The notes under the pieces: model-generated
Databases searched by the model: none
The model's input: the letters and a program-made list of their open reading frames with translations, nothing else
What the model was told of the DNA's origin: nothing
Assembly: GCA_951406725.2 (NCBI GenBank)
Contig: OX597825.1
Span: forward strand, 49,600,001 to 49,664,000
Direction of reading: 5' to 3'
Origin: Octopus vulgaris
Taxonomy: Eukaryota
DNA length: 64,000 bases
Program-made: the position numbers and the translations under genes
Shown: positions 52,658 through 64,000 of the stretch, piece by piece
Layout: every line of letters starts with the position of its first letter
How positions within the stretch are numbered: the first letter of the stretch is position 1

Positions 52658-53225
52658 CATCATCATTATCATCATCATCATCATCGTCATCATCATCATC
52701 ATCATCATCATCTTCTTCTTCTCCTTTTTCTTCTTCTTCTCCCCTTTCTACTTCCTAACTTTATCACTAATGCTTTTTAGTATAACACCTACGTAAATTC
52801 TATAAACAAACCTTTCAATAGAAATATTCTCATGAATTAAACAGTAACTGCAACCCGCCACTGGCCACTCAAAATACGACAATCAAGGCACTCCCAAATT
52901 TTTCCCCCCTTCTCCTCCTCCTCCTCCTCCTCCTCCTTCTTCTTCTTCTTCTTCTTCCTCCCCACCAAGAATTCACAACGACCTCGAATCCACAAGTGTA
53001 AAAAAGAGAGACAGAGAAAGGCAGGAACAAGGAAAATGCCACTGATATTTGAACACTATACAAATATTCTTTTAAAAATACTTTTCTTTGAATTTTTCTA
53101 AATTCAATTATTTAATTGTTACAGTTGAAAAGGTCTCAAATGACTGAAACCGGTACTGAAATGTTCTTTATAAAATTATTTTAGCATTTTCTATCTTGAC
53201 TTGTTTTTTCATATATATCAACTCG
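52140..53225 (+). mobile_element. Penelope-like 3' fragment (GIY-YIG C-terminus, microsatellite-rich UTR, HHR)
   Basis: RMALHRSQINIPQNRKIAFSQHIDICA...FRIFPLYQ...RISKETLFITKYRPLLN. An internal (TTC)n/(TCA)n tract spans 52528-52740. Confidence 0.8.
53122..53158 (+). ncRNA. Minimal hammerhead motif with U3-A8 core variant
   Basis: cag TTGAAAA ggtc tcaaat gact GAAA CCGG TA ctg, with palindromic stem III ACCGGT. Confidence 0.75.
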
Positions 53226-53247
53226 TGTGTTCCTTTACATCCTTATA

Positions 53248-53287
<40 letters not shown>

Positions 53288-53300
53288 TTGACAACCCATA

Positions 53301-53344
<44 letters not shown>

Positions 53345-54283
53345 TGCATTTATATCCCTATATGTATACATGTATGGACACACACAAACACAGACGCATA
53401 TGTATGCGTGTGTGAGTGCGTATATATATATATGTCTGCATATATGTCTATATTTATATAAATTTAATGTATATTTGTGTTTCTCTGCTCGTATCTGTTA
53501 TTTGTGTATGTAACATTCATTGAAATATTCCCACTGCTTGAACCAATAAACATACCGTGATCGCATAAACATATTAGCATAATGTACACACATGCACGCT
53601 TTAAATCAATATAAACGCATTCAGTGATGCATAAATCAGTTAATGAATCAATACTTACTCATAGAGGAATATTATTGTCCGTTATAATATAAATAATTTT
53701 TATAAATATATTTCATGTATATAGAAAAATATGACGTACCATAACGTTATAAGACTAAAACTAAATAAAATGGTACATTTGCATTCTCTTTTTTTTTCAA
53801 TGTCCACGTAATATGTCGATTAATCTCTATATCTCTTGACATAAGCCGTCTGACTTTTTGTTCGTATTTTCATTCTTAATATCTGAAAATTATCTCACGT
53901 CCACCTTCACTTCTCTCCTTCTTTTCCCCCAATCTGCGAACATACTTGTATATACATGTTATATTAGTTATATTAGACCAACATATATCTATAGTATACT
54001 ACACATCAGAGATTACATAGCAGAACGTTACACACAACAGAGAATGAGAGAATCTTTACAAGTTTCACTGTCTGATACCTTTCCGAGACGGTATATCTGT
54101 TATATTAACAAAGTAGTTATCGCTGTGTTTAAAGATAGCACATACACCTACGTAGACACACACACACATACACATACACGCACACACAGGAGCACAAACA
54201 GATGCAGGCACATGTAGGAATGTATACATATTTGTGAGTGTGTGTGTATATATGTATATATATATATATACGCATACATATAT

Positions 54284-54339
<56 letters not shown>

Positions 54340-54660
54340 GCCTACACGCAAATGAATAATAACAGGCGATGGATAAATTTCAGTTCATTTATCCAACGTC
54401 TATTATTATATATTTGCTTATAATATAGCATAGGGGTTCACCACACGTCGGACAGCCTAGAGTATGCAAAACAACGTATGACCAATGCAGTGTGTGCTTT
54501 GGACACTAGGCATTTAATACTTGTAGAGGTGCCTTTCTCTGTGTACATAACCTGAACATTCTACTGGATATTTAATCCACCATAAGTGGTGACCACAGGT
54601 TAATCTAACCCTTCCTGGTGCATATCATTTAAGTACCCGATTCTCTCAAGAAACCTCATT

Positions 54661-54704
<44 letters not shown>

Positions 54705-54769
54705 ATGTTTGTGTATATATAGACATATGCATAAATGTATATGTGTGCATATATATATTCTATCTATTT

Positions 54770-54823
<54 letters not shown>

Positions 54824-54824
54824 T

Positions 54825-54966
<142 letters not shown>

Positions 54967-55398
54967 GATATTCTCTGTAAAATTATATCATTTCCATAAA
55001 TTTACAACTAAATTTAAGAAATTATATAAGATGCTTTTTTCCAAAAATAAATAAATAAAATATACTGTAATTCCAATCAGCTTAAATCTCTTATCTTTGT
55101 ATACAAAATGTTATCACTAAAGAATTTCAATGATTTTCAATACTGAGTTGAGACGATGGATTACAAAAGATAAAATGTCTCTTTTTATTTGGTAACTACG
55201 TTAACAAGCCTGTAAGTCTATTTAACGAGGTAAGTTCGTTTGTAGTTGGGTGCATAGAACCGGTAAGTACTGTTTCAAATTTTATCATATCTGCACACAG
55301 ATGCGGGCGTGTGTCTGTGTGTTTTTTGTTTCTCTTTCTTCCTCTCTCTCCTCATCTATCTCTGTCTCTCTCTCTATCTGTGTCTGTCTGTCTGTCTG

Positions 55399-55446
<48 letters not shown>

Positions 55447-55449
55447 AGG

Positions 55450-56770
55450 ATCAGGTTAAAAAGATGGTCGACATGGGTGCAATTACCAAAATCACACTCG
55501 ATTTACATATTGAAGTTTAATAACAAGATATACGCCCAAGTGGAACGTGCAGCCAACGGTGTCATTATCGATGGTGATGTGGCTAACCTATTTATGGCAT
55601 GGTGGGATAAGATACTCAAAGAGAAATTAGTAGAAAACTCCATAACACTAACCATGTACTCCCGTTATGCGGATGGTATCAACATAGTAGCCAAAGCACC
55701 CTGACAAAACAATTTCGATGAACTGTTGTGTTAACAACAAACAAGATGAGGACAAATGTCCGTCAAATGTAAATAATGTAATTTTGAAGAATTAGAAGCT
55801 AACATTATGGAGACCACCCAGCAAATAGTTAATTCTATTCACCTGAGTATTAAAATAACAATAGACTACCTAACGAACGTTCAAATTATAGGCTACCGGT
55901 TTTAGACTCAGAAATCTAGTTGGAAACCAACAACTGTAAGGTCCAGATCCGTCACTTCTAATATGCCAAACACATGGCCTCTAAATAATTGGTCCACAAG
56001 AATGCAGCTAATGCGGACAACACACTTTTGAGAGTGGTGAGGAATATGTCCTGCATATTGCAAAGACACATACAACACTTCATCCACCACAGGCAGTTAT
56101 CAGGCTACAACCAAAGGGACAGGATTATAGTGTACAAAGGAGTCCGGGCTAAGTACAAGACCATCATAGAAAGGGATCTGCTCGTTATACAGGAGTAAAA
56201 CTTGGAACAACACAGAAAAGACCTGAAAAATGATAGATAAGGCCAGCTCATGGAAAGACAACAAAAAATACCAGAGTGTAATGTTTGTTAATCTACGGAT
56301 TAAATCCGTAAAAAGGCCTGGAGCCCCCATAAAAATCCCTGATCTGTAGAACTTATCCCTTAAATAGGTCTCCATGTACGGAGAAACATTCTATACTATG
56401 TAGGCTGAACACACAAGTTAGGAATATGCTGACAGACACTTCCGTGAAGAAACATCTACGGAAATGCTAAATCCTGGAATTCACAGTGCATATCAGGGCA
56501 CTCCAAGGCCATCCTCATACACCAAAGGAAACCAGCCATCAACAACAGAAGAGAGTTACAGGAAGATAGCAACAACGTTTCACGCATTTCCACTCCACAC
56601 ACACTCACACACACTCACATCTGTAACATTCGTTAATTTCTTGAGGATGGTGTCATAACCCTGAAATATTGACAGGAAGGTAAATCTACATTAATTTATA
56701 TATTTGTTTTCTTATGATTTGCCTTGCTTTTACTTCACATTTTTCTGGCCTTACCCACGATTTTTTATAC
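55450..56770 (+). mobile_element. Penelope-like element, decayed (family related to 8620-10085)
   Basis: LKFNNKIYAQVERAANGVIIDGDVANLFMAWWDKILKEKL..MYSRYADGINIVAKAP; HIQHFIHHRQLSGYNQRDRIIVY. Confidence 0.88.
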
Positions 56771-56810
56771 AATATATTCTACACAATGCTTCGTAGCAAC
56801 TATTCCATTA

Positions 56811-56828
56811 TCTATAATATAAATCCCG

Positions 56829-56866
<38 letters not shown>

Positions 56867-58495
56867 GATTATACCTGCGAAGTTTTTAACTGATTTTCTC
56901 CAAACTGGGAACATATATTATTTATGTTCCAGGGATGGTTTTAGAGTCTTAAAACCGTTCACATAATGATTAACGGGCTCCCTGGGAGCAGATAATAACC
57001 ATTCCTGGTAATTCTTGGCGAAGTAACTTTTAGAAATTGATTGCCTCCCTTACATCCATTGGTCATTAAAAAGAAATATTGCTTTTTATATTAGATTCCC
57101 ATCTTTGAAATGTTTTTAAAATATTTACTTCCGGTTTTCTAGCGTCAGTTATAACTATACTTCTCTATCTATATCTCTCTATCTATCTCTATCTCTCTAT
57201 ATCCCTCTATCTATCTCTATTTCTATATCTATCTCTGTTTCTATATGTCTATATCTTATTTGCCTAACTAGCCAGCTCTATCTCTCCCACACTGTCTATA
57301 TCTCACTCAATCTCGATTGTTTTCACTTCCATTTTTCGGACGCTATTGTTTCCACTTTAAGTTCAATCGCTATTGTTTTCACTGTAAGTTTTTAATCTCT
57401 GTTTACAAACAACAACGACAAATTACTGACAGAAAAAAGTTCACAATTACTTATGAAACTAATTTCATACATAATTTACTGACAGAAATTTCACTTCAAT
57501 CCGTACACTGAGTTAAATTTGCCTACAAATTTCGTATTTACTTGTGCAACGTTTAGTGTTTTTGTAATTGACGAAATTACTGATAAAGGAGAGTTAATAA
57601 TTTACTGACAGAAATAGCTTCTGAAGACTTAGTTAATTTTCCCCAAAATTTCTTATTTACTTTAGCAACGGTTTTGTTTTTTTCTGTTGTTAACGGCATT
57701 GTTTCTGGTTCTTTCGATACTGGCTCTTTTGTTCACTGACAAACTTCGCTTCAACCCGTACAATTCTTCATTTTCCGTAAAAGTTTCTTAATTCGTTTTT
57801 GTCCGTCGTATTAGGAAACATAATTTCCGTTACCCAGTTATTTTCATTGTTTATTATCTTCTGCTCTCTTGTATCTTTGTATACGTATATAACCATGCCT
57901 AGAAGGAAGGTCTCAAGTTTGTCTACAATGTCAAGGTCAGCAAAAAGATTGTTTCTGTCGAGGGAAAATGAGACAGCTGCAGAAAGGGAAACATGTGCAC
58001 TACTAAAGCCAGAGTATCGCAAAGTGATGAACGTCTTACAAGGAATAGGGTCTCTACTGCAGAACAAAGAGTAGTTGCAACAGCTCAGAGGAGCAGCTTT
58101 TAATTATGATCCAGCAGTTCATTATGCAAATGGCACTAGAGTTTCCATTGATGCAATGATAACTGAATGCATGCATTGTAAAGCAAGGAAGTGGCCTGGA
58201 GAGACACCTTCACTGTGCTGCAGTGGTGGAAAGGTTAAACTCCCTGTAATCCCCCAACCACCAGAGCCATTTGAAGAAACTCTTGTCATCAACTGACCGA
58301 GATTCCAGGCACTTCCAAAATAAAATTAGACAATACAATGCTGCACTAGAGATGACATCATTTGGAGGCATAAGAGTTTTAACTAAACCAGGATTCATGC
58401 CAACATTCAAGATCCAAGGTCAGAATTATCATCGGATTGGCTCTCTACTGACTCTGTCAAATGAATCACCAAAATCGGCCTTTCATTGTTTATAA
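56811..58495 (+). mobile_element. Helitron 5' portion (terminus + N-terminal Rep/helicase region), 3'-truncated
   Basis: Begins a|TCTATAATATAAA followed by (TG)n. Coding remnant: AAFNYDP...CMHCKARKWPGETPSLCCSGGKVKLP..PPEP.KKLL..SRHFQNKIRQYNAALEMTSFG...PTFKIQGQNYHRIGSLL. Confidence 0.92.
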
Positions 58496-58582
58496 TCTGT
58501 ACCTGTTTTTTGGTTTTAAAATAAGCTAGACAAAACATGTTCTTGAATTATGTATATTTTCTTTATATACATACATGAGTTG

Positions 58583-58638
58583 AATGACAGGGACATAGTG
58601 AAGTGACTCACTTTTCACTTCATTATGTCCCTGTCATT
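58583..58638. repeat. 24-bp stem / 8-nt loop hairpin
   Basis: aatgacagggacatagtgaagtga ctcacttt tcacttcattatgtccctgtcatt, with one G.U pair. Confidence 0.9.
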
Positions 58639-58929
58639 TTTTCTCGCCCCTCCTTAATTCTTCTGCCCATCTGCTTCTACAACTCTCTCTTCTCTTTCCC
58701 CTCCTTAATTCTTTTGTTCCTCTTTTCCTCTCTCTTCTCTTCTCATGTGACCGATAGACCAGACTGCTAGCCCTCTTTTTGCGTCAGACTGTGGTCACTG
58801 CCACATCGATATTCTTCCTTCTGTTTGTGAAAATCTTCTATCTCTGCCGTAAGGCTTCGTTTCCACACACGCCAGCTGAATTCAATTCGTTCCCAGTCGA
58901 AAGACACCTGTTGTTATGCCCTGTTATTA

Positions 58930-58973
<44 letters not shown>

Positions 58974-59313
58974 GCATTTTGTATTTATATTTGTGTAACA
59001 GCGTCTATTTTCCCGTCCTTGTTATCGTATACATTTGATGCTTTCTTCCAAGGAATCTAATGGTCTTAGTTTAGTTTTTCCTTGGGGCTGGCCAGATTGG
59101 AGCAATCTCAAGATCAATTAGCCGAAATTGCGAGGATGATCCAGCTCTTGACTGAGGATAGAAAGCTTCGAATGACCCATCCTTGTTGTTTTGTATCATC
59201 TATCTCGATGTTTGTTGTCCCTTTTTGTATCACCTAGTTGCCGGATGTTTGCGTTCTTGTCCCATTTTGTATTATATATATATATATATAGCGGCGTACG
59301 TACACTTTGGTCT

Positions 59314-59347
<34 letters not shown>

Positions 59348-60217
59348 TGTATATATGTGCGTGTGTGTGTGTATGTGTGTGCCTGTGTGTGAGTAATGTG
59401 GTAATGTTTCAAGAAGTAGAAAGGCACCCGATCAGCTTAGAGAATGATGTCTTAAATTAGAAACCAAAAATTTTGCAAATATATATTCAGGATTTCCTGG
59501 TCGAAATAATTTATTCCGACATTTATGAAGTTGAAAAGGAGGTGGTTCGTCAGTTGATTTTTGGGTAGATAACGTTTAGACAAACAAGGAAAAATACAAG
59601 TGTGGTAACCCACGTTAAAATAATTCGATATCAAGCAGTCGGAAACCTGATGTTAATGTTTACAATGACAAGGTAAGGTGAGAGAGACATTGCGTCGCGA
59701 ACGAGACTTTGTTTGAAATGGTTGAACAACAGCCAAGCACAATGTTTCTTTGATGTTAACCGTTACCCTGCCTTGGACAGTCAAAACCGTTCTCTCCAAC
59801 TGCATGACGATGTGTGTGTGTGTGTGTGCAGACGAGCGCTTGCTTGCCTATGTACAGATGCGCACACGTGCTTCAATATGCACATGCATGCAAAACTATA
59901 TGAGTGCGACTGCACACCCACACATAGAACTATAAACTTGCACATGCCGCCCCTTCCTACTTCCTCCAAAAACCTGATCAACTTCGAATCGCTACGTGGT
60001 CTATTTCCTGTGCTCTACGTGGTCAATTTCTTGTTCATCATGCGGTATTTTCCAACAAACTGTTATGTATAAACCACGGCACCGCGTGACCGTTCCCGAG
60101 CAACCGAAGCCCACCTTACGATAATAACAATCAGGTTCTATCATTCAAATTCCAAATTCCTGACCACTAGCATCACGCTAGTGGTGTACCAACGGATTTG
60201 AATCAAACTGCTTTGAT

Positions 60218-60284
<67 letters not shown>

Positions 60285-60410
60285 ATATGGGAATTTATGG
60301 AAATAAGTCCTATAAAACTCATCATTTTTTTTTTAAATTGAGAAGTCAAGTTGTTAAAATATATAAGAGCATTTTAATTCATGCAGACGATCGTTTTGTA
60401 CAGATCGTTT

Positions 60411-60536
<126 letters not shown>

Positions 60537-60644
60537 TGTGTGTGTGTGCGTGTGTGTGTATATGTATGTATATATACATACATATTAGATATACGCATAT
60601 ATTCAAGATTGCATTCATGTAGTCATTTATACGTAGTCATTTAT

Positions 60645-60706
60645 TCTTTAATTGGTTTACTTGTTTCAGTCATTTGACTGCGGCCGTGCTAAAGAATTGC
60701 CTTAAT
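60645..60706 (-). mobile_element. SINE 3' tail fragment (family of 26780-27255)
   Basis: Reverse complement reads ...agcacggccgcagtcaaatgactgaaacaagtaaa. Confidence 0.7.
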
Positions 60707-60773
60707 GGCTTTTTTAGTCACACAAACCGACAAATACACATTTACATATACATAAACACACACACACATACAC

Positions 60774-60808
<35 letters not shown>

Positions 60809-61499
60809 CCAAAAAGGAAAATATAAATATGACAAGGATATTAGAATCACGTACATTACTAAAAATAAGAGTTAAAATTCTCTAATGCTGTAGTCAAAGT
60901 TTTAATTGTATAAGTATATACTGATGGTGAATATAATCGCCCGAAAATAACGATCGTGAATTCCCTAAACTGACCGGCTAGTTTCAGCAATATGTGTGTT
61001 TATGCGTTTGTGTGTACGTAAGTATTATGTATGTAGGTAGTACGTATGTATGTATGCATATATGCATGTATGTATGTGTGTATGTATGTATGTATGTATG
61101 TATGTATGCTGGTATGTATGTCTGCCTACAACTTTAATTGACCCTAACTTTCCATGTTACTCTGTATGCACGCCTTCACTTTAATGGGTTTTGGTCAATG
61201 ATTTTCTGTAAGTATATAATTCATAAATATCATTTCATTGCTTCTGTGCTTACATTTTCTCCTTTGTCAGTTAGCGAGTTAGACAGTGTGCTAACGTAGT
61301 GCATGAGTTATATTTAATTCATAGCTATATTTTGTTAACTATTTCTAAGATTAAATGATAGTGTTTCATATGTCAAAGCAAAACCGAGCAAAAAAAATCG
61401 ATTTTCCAAAATTGAAAATTAAAATATAGTTTAGCATGGAAATGGCTGGACTAAACTGCAAAACAGCTTAACATAAACATCCATAGTTCTAAACAATTG

Positions 61500-62990
61500 A
61501 GCAAGGCCATAAGAAATCGAAGTTTGTATGAACGCAGGATCTACAGCAGTTTAAAAGCCAGTAGTAACAGTTTAGAAATTATGGAAAATTTAACTCTGTT
61601 ATATTGACAGAGATAACTTTAACTAGGCATCTGTCTTCTTGATGTGGTAGAGCGTGATGAGGGGAATGCCTACGTTTCGGTCTCACACAAGTCGATTCAA
61701 CTAGAACGAGATGTATCACGTTCTAAAGAACATCCTAGAACCGTTGAAGAAGTATTGTCGCGATTTCTCTATCAGATTCTCCTCCACAGAATGCACAACG
61801 GTGGATCAATTTGCAAGTGGACATAGCAATGGGCTGAGCATTGGAAGTGGAAATAGCAATGGGCTGAGCAATATCCCCTGTATTGCTTGTGTTGGCATTG
61901 GAGGTCATCCTGAGAACAGCAATAAGAGAGTCACATTGAGCAGAACTTGGAACTTCGAGAGGGATTTCGGATGCAACATCTAAACACCTTCATAGATAAT
62001 ACTACAATCCTTTTTGCAAAGGATGGTAAAAGACATGGAGGACGAATCTGCAACTTCCAGAATTCGGTTCAAATTGTAAAATAGTCTCAGAGCATTAGCG
62101 GCAACTGTTGTGTTCACTGTACCCAATCAAAATATCCTAATAGCGGCAGAGGAACCACTCAAAAGCATCGATCGGTAGGTAACATGACGACACCTTGAAA
62201 GATACTAAAAGGGGAATCAAAACCAAACAAATGGTGCGAAAATGTTTTCACGTCATAGACCTGTGAGGCCTCTCTGGCAAATACAATGTTTGGTGTTTAC
62301 GGTTCGTGTTATCCCAAATCTTCTCCGGTGTCTGGTGATTTTCTATATCAGCACTATCACAGTGGATGATATGGAGGCCGAAATCAATAAGTGCATAAGG
62401 AAGTGGCTTGATGTCCTACCAAGTTTTATAGATGTTACACTCAACTTTCGTCAAGCCAAGTTGAAGTTCATCGTTGAGTATGGACTTAAAAAGGTAGAGA
62501 ATAAAAGCTCTGAACCATGTTTGTAGATTTGAAAGACAAGGTCATGAAGTCAGTCCGGCCCAAGCAGAAGCAAGGCAGGAAATAGAAATCCAGTGGCAGT
62601 GGATGCAGCATAGGAAAACCTTCAGATGCGAAATATAACGGGACATAGCTGGCAAGGACTACGCGTAACAAAACTGGAATGATGGTTAGAGTCGGGGCTA
62701 CAGATGAGGAGAGATCTGATTCTACGGCAGGGCGCTGTAGGAATCTCAAAGACAGCACAGAAGAGCGAGCGTACGACATGGAAAGTTGCATTCCAGAAGA
62801 GGTTCAGCTAAAATGAATTGTGACATATGACATCTCGTAGATTAAGTTTTATTCTGAGATCTGTTTATGATCTCCTGCCTTCAAATATGTAACTGCAGAA
62901 ATGAGTCAAATCAGATGATCCTGAGTGCACACTCTGCCAGGATAGCCAGACAATTGAACATGTTCTGAGCTCCTGAAGCGTATATCCCAG
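61500..62990 (+). mobile_element. HERO/R2-group RLE LINE remnant, heavily decayed
   Basis: ISPVLLVLALEVILRTA; TITVDDMEAEINKCIRKWLDVLPSF; RLSFILRSVYDLLPS; PECTLCQDSQTIEHVLSS (CCHC-like knuckle). Confidence 0.75.
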
Positions 62991-63938
62991 TACATAGGAC
63001 ACAATTATCGTTTATAATATTCTTTTCAAGAACGATTTGGAACAGTCATGGGATATGTTACCTCTTTCCTTTCTTTTGGTAAATTTTAAAATAAGAAATG
63101 CACAATTGAGATAAAATAGTTGTGTTGTAATCTGGATATATACTGTTCGACTGCATCGTACTTAAAAGGTTTGGTCAAAAGTGAGATCATATTTTCTACA
63201 TTATTCAAATGATGTAATGGTAACGATGGTCCGTGAAAGATTATATCTAGCGGTTGTTTTACTTAAAACATGCGTCATGGATCTAACTGGACACATCGCG
63301 CAAAGCTTACTTTCTCCTATTCTCATCAATGTAAAGAGCTTTTCGATAAACTACTAACATGAACTTATTTTTTAGAAAACCCGAAAACTTATCTACCAAG
63401 TATGTTATCGACACTACTAAAAATTAGAATGAAATATTATGTACAACTGAAATATTTATTAACGATCCAAGGCAACTGACCATCGAAGTCATGTCTGCAC
63501 CGCCTCAGCCACAATTTATATATCTGCTCGTAGATATCAGATTTTATTTACCATTAATCATGTTACCGATACACATTATATGGCACGCAGTATCAAACAC
63601 TCATGTGTAAAAAAGGTAACATGTAAAAAAGATAACTTTGCTTTATCCTAAAATAAATATCGTTCCTTCAATATGAAAAATAAGTTAGAGCACGTAACTA
63701 GTTAAGTTAAGTTACTGTTCATAAAACTCACATACTGATCAAGATATTTAACGTTGTAACACACACTCAAGCAAAATGACTGAGAATAACCATACCAGAA
63801 GGTTAACACTGCAGCTGTTGCCAGCTGGTATAGGGGATGTATTATAAGCCTAGTAACTTGGAAATCAAGATAAATTGTAGGCCTAAATTTAAATCAATAA
63901 ATCGGTCTCTCTGTCTATCTCACACACACACACACACA

Positions 63939-63969
<31 letters not shown>

Positions 63970-64000
63970 CACATGTATATATAATGCGGAAGGATGACAC

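Noticed and set aside
56636-56680. Further HHR-like relics (also ~13820-13870, ~14110-14155, ~15805-15835, ~25885-25915)
   Set aside because: Too many core or stem defects to call without family consensus sequences.

Overview
AT-rich, microsatellite-dense animal DNA that looks intergenic or intronic. The SINE families and repeat spectrum resemble an octopus/coleoid cephalopod genome (inference from recalled repeat sequences). I could not support any host protein-coding exon, and most ORFs in the supplied track are translated microsatellites. The window holds many decayed mobile elements: at least eight Penelope-like element (PLE) fragments (RT and/or GIY-YIG), six R4/Dong-like RLE LINE fragments (five bordered by (AAT)n tracts), a HERO/R2-group remnant, CR1-group and RTE LINE 3' ends, a Gypsy pol remnant, a Tc1/mariner remnant, a Helitron 5' half and several tRNA-derived SINEs. 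The main unexplained signal is a dense set of more than a dozen intact or decayed minimal type I hammerhead ribozyme (HHR) motifs, usually with a palindromic stem III. They sit in non-coding units bounded by (TA)n and come in three forms: (i) a near-identical ~560-bp tandem array with an inverted tail (retrozyme/circRNA-like), (ii) compact fold-back elements, (iii) PLE terminal repeats. Their cores appear to show all four Watson-Crick combinations at the tertiary 3-8 pair. Separately, a ~555-bp non-coding element lies directly downstream of Dong-like 3' ends at three loci. All structures and translations were read by eye; none were computed or searched.
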